A stretch of DNA of 63,363 bases, the filler included, from Bigelowiella natans CCMP2755 (Eukaryota > Protista > Cercozoa), in NCBI GenBank assembly GCA_000320545.1. It is 5 parts of 5 records of this genome, joined end to end, with 100 filler letters (N's around TTAATTAATTAA, not from the genome) between each part and the next. Parts side by side here need not be neighbours in the genome. Positions count along the whole stretch, not along the records: positions 50,100 to 59,832 come from ADNK01001446.1; positions 59,933 to 63,363 come from ADNK01000134.1; 3 more parts are not named here. One strand, 5' to 3'. The translations under genes were made by a program, and so were the position numbers. Shown in pieces: positions 52,491-63,363 of the stretch. The notes beneath the pieces were generated by a model. The model was not told the origin of the DNA. It did no database searches and was given only the letters and a program-made list of their open reading frames with translations. Positions within the stretch are counted from its first letter, which is position 1. Each line of letters starts with the position of its first letter.

Positions 52491-54223
52491 ATGTCCTCTC
52501 TTCTGGTCCCGAGACCCGTCATCCAAGCAGCTCGAAGGTCATTTGTCTTGCTTTTCACCGTTAGGGGGCCATGGGTGCATTAACTAGCAGGGGGTGGGGT
52601 CGATATGGTACTTCGCGAGCACGTATTCTTTCGAACACCGTCTCACCTCTCTCTCTTCCTTCCCAACTCAACACATCACTAGGCTGCGTCATAAGTTGCA
52701 CGAGAACCCTTACGTGTCTAATGATGAGAAGTGGACAGCGGATACCATCGTCGACTTCCTCCGGAGCGGAGGCTGCGTGGATGGCGTCCCCGGAATCGAG
52801 CCGATTCGAACCGGTGTGGGAGGACACGGCCTCGTTTACGAGATCAAGACGGATCGCCGCAACCATGGCTATTGCCGTCAGGTATTGCTGTTCGAATGAA
52901 GAGTAGAAGGGAGGGGCGGATTGGGAATGAACCGTGCTTTCCGATGCGAATGAAATCCGCACCAGTAAGGCTTTCGAATTGTTTACGCAGGACAGCAGCA
53001 GCAGCAGCAGTAGCAGTGGTGATGGCGGCAGGTGTCATAGCGGCGACATGAGTAAAAGTAGCGCTTACAGGACCATCCTCCTACGCAGTGATATGGACGC
53101 GCTGCCGCTGCTCGAAAGTGCCTCCCCGAGCAGAAGTAGGAAACCGCGACGCGAGGCTCCTGTCAGCTGCCGACCTGGTGCCCATCACGCCTGCGGACAT
53201 GATGGACACGTCTCGATGCTGAGCGCGGCCCTGCTCCACTTGAATGCAAACCGTGATCGTTTCCTGCAGGGGGGGGGGAGGGTACTCGCAGTGTTCCAGC
53301 CTGCCGAAGAGACTGGCGAGGGCGCAAAGAGGATGATCGCCGACCTAGGTAGCGACATGCTGAGTTCGGTGACCCACGGCGCATTCGGTATGCATAACAT
53401 CCCGGGAGAACCAGAGGGAAAGGTCCTTGCTCGCGCAGGCTTGTCGGCAAGGGCTTCGACGGGCATTGAGATCACCATCACGGGGGCAGCAGCGCATGCC
53501 TCTGAACCCCATCGCGGCCTCTCACCACTCCCTGTCCTAGCCCGGGTTGCGGAAAAGGCACCAGAGTTGCCCGCGACCGTTATCAGCTTGGAGGAGGGGG
53601 AGAGGGGGGAGGAAGAATTAGATGCGGCAGAAGAGAAGAACATTATCATCCACAGACCTCCGCCTTCTCCCCCCCTATTGACACTGGTGCACTTGTCGGC
53701 CGGAAAGCCAGGTGACTTTGGCGTGCTGCCAGCCGTTGGGACGTTGTGCGCAACACTCAGAGCAGATCGGATCCAAACCGTGAACTGCCTCACAAATGCG
53801 CTCTTGAACCTTGTCGCCGAGGAGGCGAGAGCGGCAGCTGGAGGGGAGGAGTTTCAAATCGATCATCGACTGGTCGAACCGTTCGCGGAGACGATCAATT
53901 CCAAATTCGGTTTCGGAGTGGTCAAGGCCGCCTGCGCGGAGCTCAAAGATCATGTGTATGCGAGGAGCAGTGGAAAGGATGGGGAACGAACAGCTCGGCT
54001 ATCATTCAGTGGGGAGTCGACGGAGCCCTTCCCCTGGTCAGAAGACTTCGGGCAGTTTACGGCAGCCTGCGGAGGCAATGGAGCGCTATTTGGATTAGGT
54101 GCTGGATTGAATCACCCCGCCCTCCACGCCAAGGATTACGATTTCAACGACGACCTGATTCCAATGGGAGCTGATCTGTGGCTCATGATTGTGCAAAATG
54201 CGCTTCATCAGCACCAGCCATGA
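52491..54223 (+). CDS. M20D-family amidohydrolase (hippurate hydrolase / aminoacylase-like); three exons
   Basis: MSSLLVPRPVIQAARR|LRHKLHENPYVSNDE..TA, RSDMDALP, HACGHDGH, FQPAEETGEGA, HNIPG, SEDFG, LHAKDYDFNDDLIP. Confidence 0.93.
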
Positions 54224-54754
54224 GCTACGAGTTTTCTGATGTTTGTTTGGGTTGTTGTCTAGCAGCGCATGGCAACTACATCTTGCATGAGCAGGCCGGG
54301 GCTAAGCCCTGAGCCTGGGCTTCCAGCATCAGCACTGTGGCTTGCACATGTGAGACGGATGTAATGAATGAATTGAATTTGTTCAACAGTCACCCTGTTG
54401 TAGCTGTGCAAAAGAGCTCCTACAGCGATTATGTTAATATATTAAATCCATTTGTCTCGCGTTGTTGTGCGCTTCACATGTGTGCATGGTTAAGTCTCAC
54501 AGGACGATTGACAGCAGGTGCAAAATGTGCATGCTGCAAGCACTAGAGTAGATGCGATGAGCCGACGATCGATGTACGCGCGCTGCTTCGATAAGCATTG
54601 CGTGTGCTTCCTACATGATGACAGACAGCACGCACATGCATTGTGTCCACGGCGCAAATGGTGCGCTGCGTGCGCTGCATGCGCTGTAGCACAACAAACA
54701 AGGCGCAAGCATTTGAAAATTTGCATTTTTGCGATGCAATTACTGTTGCATTTT

Positions 54755-55855
54755 TCATTCCAATGTTTTAATTTTTATTTTTCCTGACCCCATGCATTCT
54801 GTCAAAGTGGACACTTCAGCAAACAAAGTCCCTGGGAACTTGTTTCTCAAGCTTCTTGTAAATCCATGTTTGAACACCAGTAGTCCAGGCCCAAAGTGTT
54901 TATTGTACTTCTCTATTGTCTTCTTGATGCTCTTACTATCCAAAGAGCACCCATAAAAACACTTTGCATCAATCCATTTGATGTGTTGCCCATTGAGAAA
55001 AACATCATCTAACAAGAGAAAATCAGGAGTAGGGATGTTCTTGAGTTGTCCCTTCTTCTTCTTCTTACATGCTTTGATGTCATCTTCTGTGCAAATTTCT
55101 ATTTTCAAAGCTCTGAACTTGTTCAATAATTTTTGCTCAAATCCTCGTGCTATTCTTTTCTTTTTCCTCTGATTAGTTGAAGCAGTTTGATCTTGCTCCA
55201 TGGCTGATAACGCCTCTTTCTTCTCTTTTTCAGAAAGTAACGAGGATTTATCAGGGCTAACCATCATCTCTTTGATTTGTTCTTTATTGAAGCCCTTGGC
55301 TCCATATATGAGTTTGCGCAAGTTGTTAGGTGGGGCATCGTACTGCCTTGACAGTTGTCCCAATGACACCCCGGCCTCATGATCTTCCAAGATCCTGGCT
55401 TGCTTTTCCATAATTTCCTTTTGATTGTTGGTGGCAGCCAGTCTCGCAAGGCGAGATTTCAAACTTCTAGCCTGGGAGAGACTCAGTCTAATGTCCTTGT
55501 GTTTCTCTTTCAGTCTCTTCAAACTCAGTTTTGCATCTTTATCTAGTCCATGCCTGAAGTCTCCACGCTGTCTTTTCAGAGCGTTTAGCAATTCCTCATG
55601 AACGTCCTCTGGAATCCCATCCTCCATAGAGCAGTGTAGTTCAACATATTTTTTAGATTGACATCTTCTTGTGTGAGATTCAATGATGGCCTCCTCAGTG
55701 GGCGTTCGCACAATCTCCTTGCGATTCTGCATCATTGCAGATCTGTCGTCCGCTTTTTTGGCCTTCCTTTTCCTCCTTTTGTTCATCCTTTTCCCAGGAG
55801 TTTCCCACATGTCCATACCGTCCATACCGTCCATACTAAATTGATTTTGATACAT
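54755..55855 (-). CDS. CDIN1/C15orf41-like (TPD domain) PD-(D/E)XK-type nuclease; single long ORF
   Basis: 366-aa ORF. C-terminal TPDFLL..HIKWIDAKCFYG..YNKHFGPGLLVFKHGF matches the C15orf41 pattern TPDF..WIESKASFG..Y..RFGPG. Helical, possibly HTH-like segment upstream (GVSLGQLSRQYDAPPNNLRKLI). Confidence 0.8.
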   Translation of the reverse strand: MYQNQFSMDGMDGMDMWETPGKRMNKRRKRKAKKADDRSAMMQNRKEIVRTPTEEAIIESHTRRCQSKKYVELHCSMEDGIPEDVHEELLNALKRQRGDFRHGLDKDAKLSLKRLKEKHKDIRLSLSQARSLKSRLARLAATNNQKEIMEKQARILEDHEAGVSLGQLSRQYDAPPNNLRKLIYGAKGFNKEQIKEMMVSPDKSSLLSEKEKKEALSAMEQDQTASTNQRKKKRIARGFEQKLLNKFRALKIEICTEDDIKACKKKKKGQLKNIPTPDFLLLDDVFLNGQHIKWIDAKCFYGCSLDSKSIKKTIEKYNKHFGPGLLVFKHGFTRSLRNKFPGTLFAEVSTLTECMGSGKIKIKTLE

Positions 55856-56657
55856 AGTCGCTCTCTATTCCATCATCGGCCGAGCAACGCCGATGACTGA
55901 TTTGGTGAGGAGAGTAGGTAACTTGGGAGGCGTTGTTGCGCCTCCCCTATCTGGCCTCTCCAACCAGTAGCCACCTCAAGGGAACTGTTAGCAATCATTC
56001 CTGATGTGTAACATTTTATACCGAAGCACCTTGAGGTCTTGTGGAGGCAGCAAGCTGCCCCCCGTGGTCCCTCGAGGAGTCGAACCTCAAATGCCGAGAG
56101 AAGAGCCAAAGCAAGCGAAAAGAGATCCATTCTCTCTCTGCTGCCTTGACTCGTCCCGGCACATCTACCCGATGGGATCTCTGTGCAATGTTTTGCGGTG
56201 GGTTGGATTGTTGCATGATCTCTCGTCGCTCAAACAAAGCAGTAGCTCCTCGGCCTCAAGGGGGAAGAGAAGGATCGGGTCAACATCTCAGTTCGATTTG
56301 GTTTCAGAATGCGGGGAAATGTTCCTATTTTTCACAAAAAACGAAAAATGCCATCAATTTCCATATGCGACATAAAAATGTGTCCTGTCGCAATGAGTCC
56401 GAAGCACTCGTTGTCTGTTGTCGCAGAAGGTTCTCAGAGGAGGCGACGACTGCTTTGGCAGGGTACCCCTCGTGAGAGAACAAGAAGACATGTGCCAACA
56501 AAAAGTGCAATGTTTGGTTAAAAATGGTGTACAGGCCTGTACTTTTTGGACCAATTGTGCTGTGTCTGGAGTTTGCCGGTCATTTTCCCGGGGGTCAGTC
56601 AATCTGTCCGGAGTGTCCGAAGGTGTCCGGAGGTCGTCAGAGTGTCTCCAGAGAGTT

Positions 56658-56798
56658 TCCGGAGGTGTGTATCCTGAGAGCCTCCGGAGATTGTCCGGAG
56701 GTCGTTGGAGTGTCCGGAGGTGTGTGTCCTGAGAGTCTCCGGAGATTGTCCGGAGGTCGTTGGAGTGTCCGGAGGTGTGTATCCTGAGAGTCTCCGGA
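56658..56798. repeat. 55-bp tandem repeat (about 2.6 copies) rich in TCCGGA palindromes
   Basis: Units start at 56658, 56713 and 56768; degenerate partial units extend upstream to about 56605. Confidence 0.92.
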
Positions 56799-57152
56799 CA
56801 AGGGGCAAAGGCTTATTTTAGGGAAATTGTCACGGAAATCATCCAGAGTGGTCGACTGCCCAGCTGAGTTTAAGGCACCTTTATACGCAACCTGTAGTCT
56901 ACATTTCTACTTCTACAAATTTGATAATTCCCTAACATCGGCCTGATGTTAACTGAGACGTCAGTTGTCAGTTCGTCAGTTTCACATTCATTCTCTAATG
57001 TATCTAATTAAGCGGCAGAGAGGCAGGCCTGCCGATTTTCCTCCCGATTTTCCGCCGATTTTCACGGTAGTGTCGGAGTTTGATGAATCGGTCGGCAGAG
57101 TCTGCCTGCCATCGGCTCGGGTCGAGAAGGGGGGAAGAAATTTCCGAAACGT

Positions 57153-57501
57153 TCATCGTCGACCCGGAAGAACAGGATGCTGTAGTTGATGGGAACATAC
57201 ATTCCTTGTTTATTCTAAAAGGGAGTAAGAACTCGTACAGCAACAAAAAAACAAATCAATGCGTATTCGACGCTCGACGGCTTTGCGGCTCGTCGGGCTT
57301 GAGTTCTGTTTTTGTGTTCTGTGACTCGCTTTTCCTCATCGTCGACCCGGAAGAACAGGATGCTGTGGTTGATGGGAACATGCATTCCTTGTTTGTTCTG
57401 TAGGGGAGTAAGAACTCGTACAGCAACAAAAAAACCAATCAATACGTGTTCGACGCTCGACGGCTTTGCGGCTCGTCGGGCTTGAGTTCTGTTTTTGTGT
57501 T
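57153..57501. repeat. 166-bp direct repeat pair, period 183 bp
   Basis: 57153-57318 versus 57336-57501, 9 mismatches by eye. Confidence 0.95.
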
Positions 57502-57689
57502 GCCGGTAGATCTACACGTTCCTAATCTAGATCTACAAGTAGCAATCTTCGAAAAAGAAATTGACAATTGAAGAACCGAATTGTGCTGATCGCTCGTGGA
57601 AGCTGCAGTTGTTGTTTTTCGGTTGCGAGGGTGGCTTTTCCCCCTGTCCCTGCTGGCCTGAACCAAATTCCTGTTCATCGGTGGGATGA

Positions 57690-58664
57690 TGGACTGACGT
57701 GTCGCCCCAGCCACCGGTGACTCGGTTGGTTGTCAAATGAAGGATGTTTGGATCTGCATCTGAGGTTCGCGTCCCGGATGAAATCTGCAAGGATGAACGT
57801 GTCCTCCTGCACGTTTGTTGCTCGATGTCATCCATCAGTTGCAGTGTCTCCGCAAAGGCCGGGGACATTGAGGATGGCGTCGTTGGTCCCAGTCATGGGA
57901 TTGCTCGCACGTGAGAGCATGAAGGGATGGCACTCTTGCTTTGCAAAATCCAACAAGAAGAAGAAAATGAAAATGCCAAAAAAGGAGGACAGGGACGAAG
58001 AAAGCAAACGAGAGAAGTCACAGTCCTGAAATTGGCAAAGTCAAGGCACGAAAGAAAATGAAACCAGGAGTGGAGGATGCACCCGGAAAAAAGGTGGACG
58101 AGGATTTTCCGCACGGGTTCGCGCACAAGAAACCTCTCGAAGCAAGTTGACACTGAAAAGCGAGATCAACGAGACGGAGGTCGTCGCAGACGTGATGTTT
58201 CAGATGACGCTGATGTGAGAGATCGATGAGAGGATCGTCACCGATGCGACAATTCAACGGAAAGGAAACGTTCGAAAGAACGCAGGCGTGACGATTCAAG
58301 GGATCGTGACCACAGTCGTGGACCGAGGGATCGGAGAAGAAGGTCCCCTGGTCCCAGAAGGAGATCTCTCAGTCCCAAAGTGAGATCTCCAAGAGGCTGG
58401 ACTCACAAAATGACCAGATGACAATGATTGCAAAAACGATCATGACTCATCAAAAGAGTGTGTGGGCTCAGAAGACGTTCAAGGTCTCCAAACGGCAATT
58501 GCTGGAATTGCCTGTTCCACAGCACACAGTTGAAGCTGTCCAGCTGTGAGAAAACAAAGTTGTTTTTCTTGCAAGGCAGGCAGCAGCTGACGTCTTCCAC
58601 ACTTCTGGACTTCTTGATGTGTGAGAACAATGAGGAGCAACAGCAGCAGCAGCTCAGACGTTGA
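57690..58664 (+). pseudogene. Decayed reading frame encoding an Arg/Ser/Asp-rich protein, inside the TpA-free tract
   Basis: One frame reads ...KRDQRDGGRRRRDVSDDADVRDR*EDRHR..RKRSKERRRDDSRDRDHSRGPRDRRRRSPGPRRRSLSPKVRSPR..TR*Q*LQKRS*LIKR..RRRSRSP, with several internal TGA codons in Arg-rich context. Confidence 0.6.
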
Positions 58665-59586
58665 TTGAGCCAGTCGCGTCACATCCAGCACATGGTCACT
58701 CGTGCGTGCATGTCAGCACGTCAGTCAGTTGCTGATCGATTGACTGCATGCATCGTGCAGGCGACACAGCGATCGCTAGCTAGCTAGATCGACGTCACGT
58801 GCTAGCGTGTGTGCAACCATCTGGACCATCATCACATCCACAATGCACACGCAAGCATGCACACGGCTAGCTAGATGTGCACGCGCATTGCAAATTCCAT
58901 CCGATGGGCACGGTCCCAAGCAGCAATGTGCACATTGGTTCTTCTTCAGGTTGTTGATGTGCAGTCAATTTTAATGACGATGTACTCGCTTACATTTTCC
59001 AAAAATAAAACGATGGGATAGCAAAACGCTCCTGATAGTGATAGAGCGTTGTCTCCTTTCGCTTCTTAGAATCAAGCTATGATTCCTTATCATTACTTAA
59101 TAATTTCATTTCTAATCTCATTTCTTTACTTTTCTTGTTTTGTTTGGTTAATCCAAAATTCGTTTCCCTGTGTAAGCATCTTCTTTCCGATCTTTCTTGT
59201 TGATTTTTATCACCCCTCTACTCCGCTTTGGCTCACTAGTCTCTGGGCTAAGCAGCCTCTCTAGCTCCTTCTTCGAATCCACGCTAGCTGCAGCCTTTTC
59301 TTCGGAACCCGTCCAATATCTAGGGCCGTGACAAGGGACAAGATTCTTGCACGTTCTTTGCGCCACACCAACACAGCCATCTAACAAGGAAATATTCGTG
59401 GCAGCAACAGAAGAAGTAGCAGCAGCAGCAGTAGGAGTAACAGCAGCAGCACGCAGAAGTAGCAGCAGTAGGTTCCATCAGCAACTCACACAGTCTCACA
59501 TGAATAATCTGCCCATGGCATCTCTCTTACTCTCTTCCTCCACAAATTGCGTGTCCAAACAAAAAACACACAGATCACACACACCC

Positions 59587-59656
<70 letters not shown>

Positions 59657-59832
59657 ATAAATATATACTTATAAGGATTTATAGAAAGAATACGTGTATA
59701 ACGGGAGTACTGTCGGGAAATGCGAGTGAGGGATAATCCTCATTCACAGAAGACAAATAAGACGGAGAGCGGGGCGGGAGATATTTTCATCAGTGAGTGG
59801 TCTCATGGTTTTCTGGTTGGTTGAAGGAATGA

Positions 59833-59932
59833 NNNNNNNNNNNNNNNNNNNNNNNNNNNNNNNNNNNNNNNNNNNNTTAATTAATTAANNNNNNNNNNNN
59901 NNNNNNNNNNNNNNNNNNNNNNNNNNNNNNNN
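59833..59932. other. Scaffold gap with TTAATTAATTAA linker
   Basis: N-run, linker, N-run. Confidence 0.98.
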
Positions 59933-59965
59933 CATTCACCTCTCCATCTCCCCCCCCATCAAAAG

Positions 59966-60181
59966 CGAGTGATGGAGCTCGAAGGCGAGGTGGCCGACGG
60001 CATCAACGCCTTAGATGAAGAGAAGAAGCGATCTGCGCGCGAGCAGAAATCCCTCCTCGAGACTACATCAGCAGCAGAGGCAAAGTTAAACGAGAAGATC
60101 GAGGAGCTCGAGAAGGTCAGTAAGCGAGAGAAAGACGAAGAAGGGGTGGGATAACAGGACGGGGACGGGGATGACGACGAC

Positions 60182-60213
<32 letters not shown>

Positions 60214-60294
60214 GTGAAAGGTGTTGATGATGAAGATAGTGAATGAATGCTCTATTGGCCATTCTTTCCCATTACTCCTCATAAATATAAATAC

Positions 60295-60331
<37 letters not shown>

Positions 60332-60669
60332 AACAACGCATGATGAAAACATATAATCTCTGCGGTGCGTATGGCCAATCATCGGATCGGTGGATAACAA
60401 CAACAACAACAACAGCTACAACAACAACAAATAGGCGTTGGAGGAAGAGCAAGGGCGAGTCGTAGAACCGGTCGTGGTCGAGGTAGGAGATGTATTATCA
60501 ATATTTTTTAACGTAATAGTAGTAGTAGTAATAGTAGTAGTAGTAGTAGTAGTAGTATGTGGATGATCCTTTTTCCTCCTCCTCCTCCTCCTCCTCCTCC
60601 TCCTCCTTTGATGTTGTCTTGTGGTTTTATGGTTGTGTGCTGTATGCTTGTTTATCAGAATATGAGAAA

Positions 60670-60709
<40 letters not shown>

Positions 60710-61514
60710 GTTGTCGCTGTAAGTGTGAGCAATCCTGCTCCTCCAAATATTCCCACCGTTTTCTTCTAAAATATATGTATTCAGAAATATTTATTATAAT
60801 TTATATATATTACATTTAATATAAACGTCCTTCGCTCCACCAGCACCGGTGCCCCTTAGCAAATCATCTAAGCAGCGGTTATTATTTTTCCCTCTTCATG
60901 TGATCTCATCAGGTTGAAAAGCTGATGGAAGTAGACGAGGACGAGGAGGAGCCGGAGACGGAGATATTCGCGCGGTTACTGGGAGACGATATGACAAAGG
61001 CTATCAGTGAGAACAAGGAGTTCAGCCAAAAGAAAATGCCATCACGGTGTGTAGCAGCAGAACACCGCAATCGACTTAACAGCGGCACGTTGGTCATTGA
61101 CGAAGCTACTAAATCATATCAGTTTGAAGTCCTCATCGATGTTTTTTGGGTTGTTGGATGTTTGTCCTCTGGAATGCTTTGTGTGCGATGCTCTTGGGTT
61201 ACAGGGCTCAGATATCGAGGCTGCTGAAAGCTTGGTTGGGAGGGGAGAAAGTACAAAGGTGCCAAAGCAATGATACGATGTTGCTTTATGCAAATCTGCA
61301 CACAAAAACGCGCACATAATCATGAGCATTAATTCGTCATTACCTTATTTCCCTGATTGCCCCCCCCTCCTCCCTCCCTCCCTCCCCCCTCCCTCCTCCT
61401 CCTCTTTCCACCCGTCGATGGTGCTCTGAATCGCTACAGCTTGTGCGGGGAGTCGTTGATAAATTTAGTGCGGGTTAACCACAAGGAGAACAAAGAGGTG
61501 AATCGTGGTGGTAG

Positions 61515-61549
<35 letters not shown>

Positions 61550-61835
61550 CAGGGCATTATCAGAACCAATTAGAAGCAATACCGAACAGGGAAGGGGGGG
61601 GGGAGGGGGGAGGGATATCATTGTTAGAATATGAGCATCACCCTTTGTAAGAAGACACCTTAAAAGACACCTTATGATACTGCTGCTGCTACAAATACTG
61701 CTACTATTGCTCGCTACTTCTGATTATGTCATCACCATCGTCGTCACTAATATCCTCTCCACCTCAGGTTCAAGCCGCAGTGGACAACTTCAACCACAAG
61801 CGGGAGACCTCATTGCCTCTTTTAGAGCTCAATAT
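59966..61835 (+). CDS. Partial multi-exon coiled-coil hypothetical protein
   Basis: Exons MELEGEVADGINALDEEKKRSAREQKSLLE..EKIEELEK|ALEEEQGRVVEPVVVE|VEKLMEVDEDEEEPETEIFARLLG..|..VQAAVDNFNHKRETSLPLLEL. Both ends unresolved. Confidence 0.55.
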
Positions 61836-62763
61836 GTACAACAACAACAACAACAACAACTACTACTACTACTACACAACAGCAGCATCAGCGGAAGAAG
61901 AGGAAGAATGAGGAGGAGGAGGATGATGATGATGATGATGATTTCTAGTAGAAGGCGTTGTGTAAATCTCTGTGTTATTGAGATAGAATGCCACGAGGCT
62001 GAAACGTGGTGTCACATTTTGCTCAATCACCTTCATTTCCTCCTCTCCCCCCCCCCTCCCCCCCCTTTTCCCCCCTTTTTTTTCCCCCGTCGCTGTACTT
62101 TTCGTGTTGCGGGTTGGCTCCTATCACCAGGGGGCACGAGATCTTAATATCTGGGATTGTAGCTTGGGTCTACGTGATGATTGGAGGGGTCATTGAGAAG
62201 ATGACGATGATGATGACGATGATGATGATGTTGATGATGATGATGATGATGCTGTTCGAATGATGCTTGCTCGAGAAATGTGTCGCAGCAGCAGCAGCCG
62301 TATAATGGTGTGTTAGCTGTAGCAAAAATGGGGATTTTGCATGTGTGTGTGTGTGTGTGTGTGTGTGAGTGTGTGTGTGTGTGTGCGTGGTACAGACTCA
62401 TACGCACGCACGCATACACACACACACACATACACACACACACGCGCGCACACACACACTCACTAACATCTCCCTTCCTGTCTAGTTACTGTACTGGAAG
62501 CTTGAGCGCCCAACTGAGGTAACGAAGCAATTATGAGGCGCTCCGATCAGTTTTGAAATAGCGAAGAATGGATGCATACAATGAGAAATACAATGAGAAA
62601 CCAAACGATTTGAGAACGAATGATAAGAATAGAGCAACGACCTTAAAACCACCAACACTGCTCAAAAAGGCTATCTGCCATCTGTCTCATCTTGCTATTA
62701 ATTCTTCATCATCGTCTTGTTCTTCTTCTTCTTCTTCTTCTTCTTCTTCTTCTTCTGCTTCTC

Positions 62764-62796
<33 letters not shown>

Positions 62797-62894
62797 TGTA
62801 GGTTGCCAGTGCGATCGATACGGGAGACGACCCAGGATTATGGTAAAAAACCTTCAAGCAACAATACGATTAGTAGTAGTGTAGAAGTAGTAAT

Positions 62895-62927
<33 letters not shown>

Positions 62928-63363
62928 ATAGTAGTAATAGTAGCAGTAATGGTAGTGGTGTAGTAGTGATAGTTGTGGAAAATATAGACCTGAGCTGTTA
63001 TCTTATAATAACGTTTCCTTTACAATACGATGTAGGAAACCGGCATCAGCAGCGTTTTTTGCTCTGACAGTGGTACTTACCTCGTAGCACTCCTTGCTGC
63101 TGCAGTATTTCATGTGTTTGAAGGAAAATCCATCATTGGTACAGAGAATGCGTCTTAAGTCAAGGAGAACTGATAAGATTAGATACCATCTTTTTCTGTC
63201 ATCGTTATTACCTCGCTCAATCATGCAAATGTCGTGAGCAGGTGAGTACCATAGGATACGGTGCTACTGCCCCCCGCACTGAGAATGGCAGGTAGCATTC
63301 TGGGGGGGGGGGGGGGGGGAGATTAAAAAATCAGCAGAAAAGCATTATGACGAAATAGCGAAA

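Noticed and set aside
56658-57501. CRISPR-like array
   Set aside because: Repeats are contiguous or long duplications without unique spacers, there are no cas genes, and the context is eukaryotic.
57690-58664. All in-frame stops are TGA, suggesting UGA recoding or selenocysteine
   Set aside because: TAA and TAG cannot occur in a TA-free tract, so TGA-only stops are expected. Neighbouring genes use TGA as a normal stop.
57542-58776. CpG methylation decay or classical RIP as the cause of TG/CA richness
   Set aside because: CpG is still abundant and is unchanged between the adjacent repeat copies, and RIP would raise TpA rather than remove it.
59000-59400. Possible minus-strand terminal exons (also 63003-63240)
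   Set aside because: Short fragments cut by a gap or the window edge, with no recognisable motif.
1-63363. Hundreds of short ORFs with RERERE, YIYIYI, CVCVCV or poly-P/M/L runs
   Set aside because: Translations of intronic microsatellites or antisense shadows of real exons.

Overview
Draft-assembly window from an intron-rich eukaryotic nuclear genome. Short GT-AG introns packed with microsatellites and a signal-plus-transit-type N-terminus suggest an alga or protist with a complex plastid, possibly chlorarachniophyte-like (inference only). Four 100-nt scaffold gaps carry an artificial TTAATTAATTAA linker. Genes recognised by joining exons by eye: 3' half of an ABCA transporter, an uncharacterised gene ending in paxillin-type LD motifs, intronless CCT4, 3' half of an NRAMP metal transporter, a secreted PstS-like phosphate-binding protein, an alpha/beta hydrolase, a helicase-associated-repeat protein, an ankyrin-repeat protein, an MFS sugar porter, an M20 amidohydrolase and an intronless CDIN1/C15orf41-like nuclease. 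The strongest unexplained signal is localised loss of the TpA dinucleotide. 57542-58776 (1,235 bp) contains no TA at all. Adjacent repeat copies differ mostly by TA versus TG/CA. Several intergenic tracts show the same depletion, with surviving TAs mostly in CTAG. This suggests a targeted TpA-to-TpG/CpA (A:T to G:C) hypermutation process, opposite in direction to fungal RIP. All counts and exon boundaries were read by eye and need computational confirmation.
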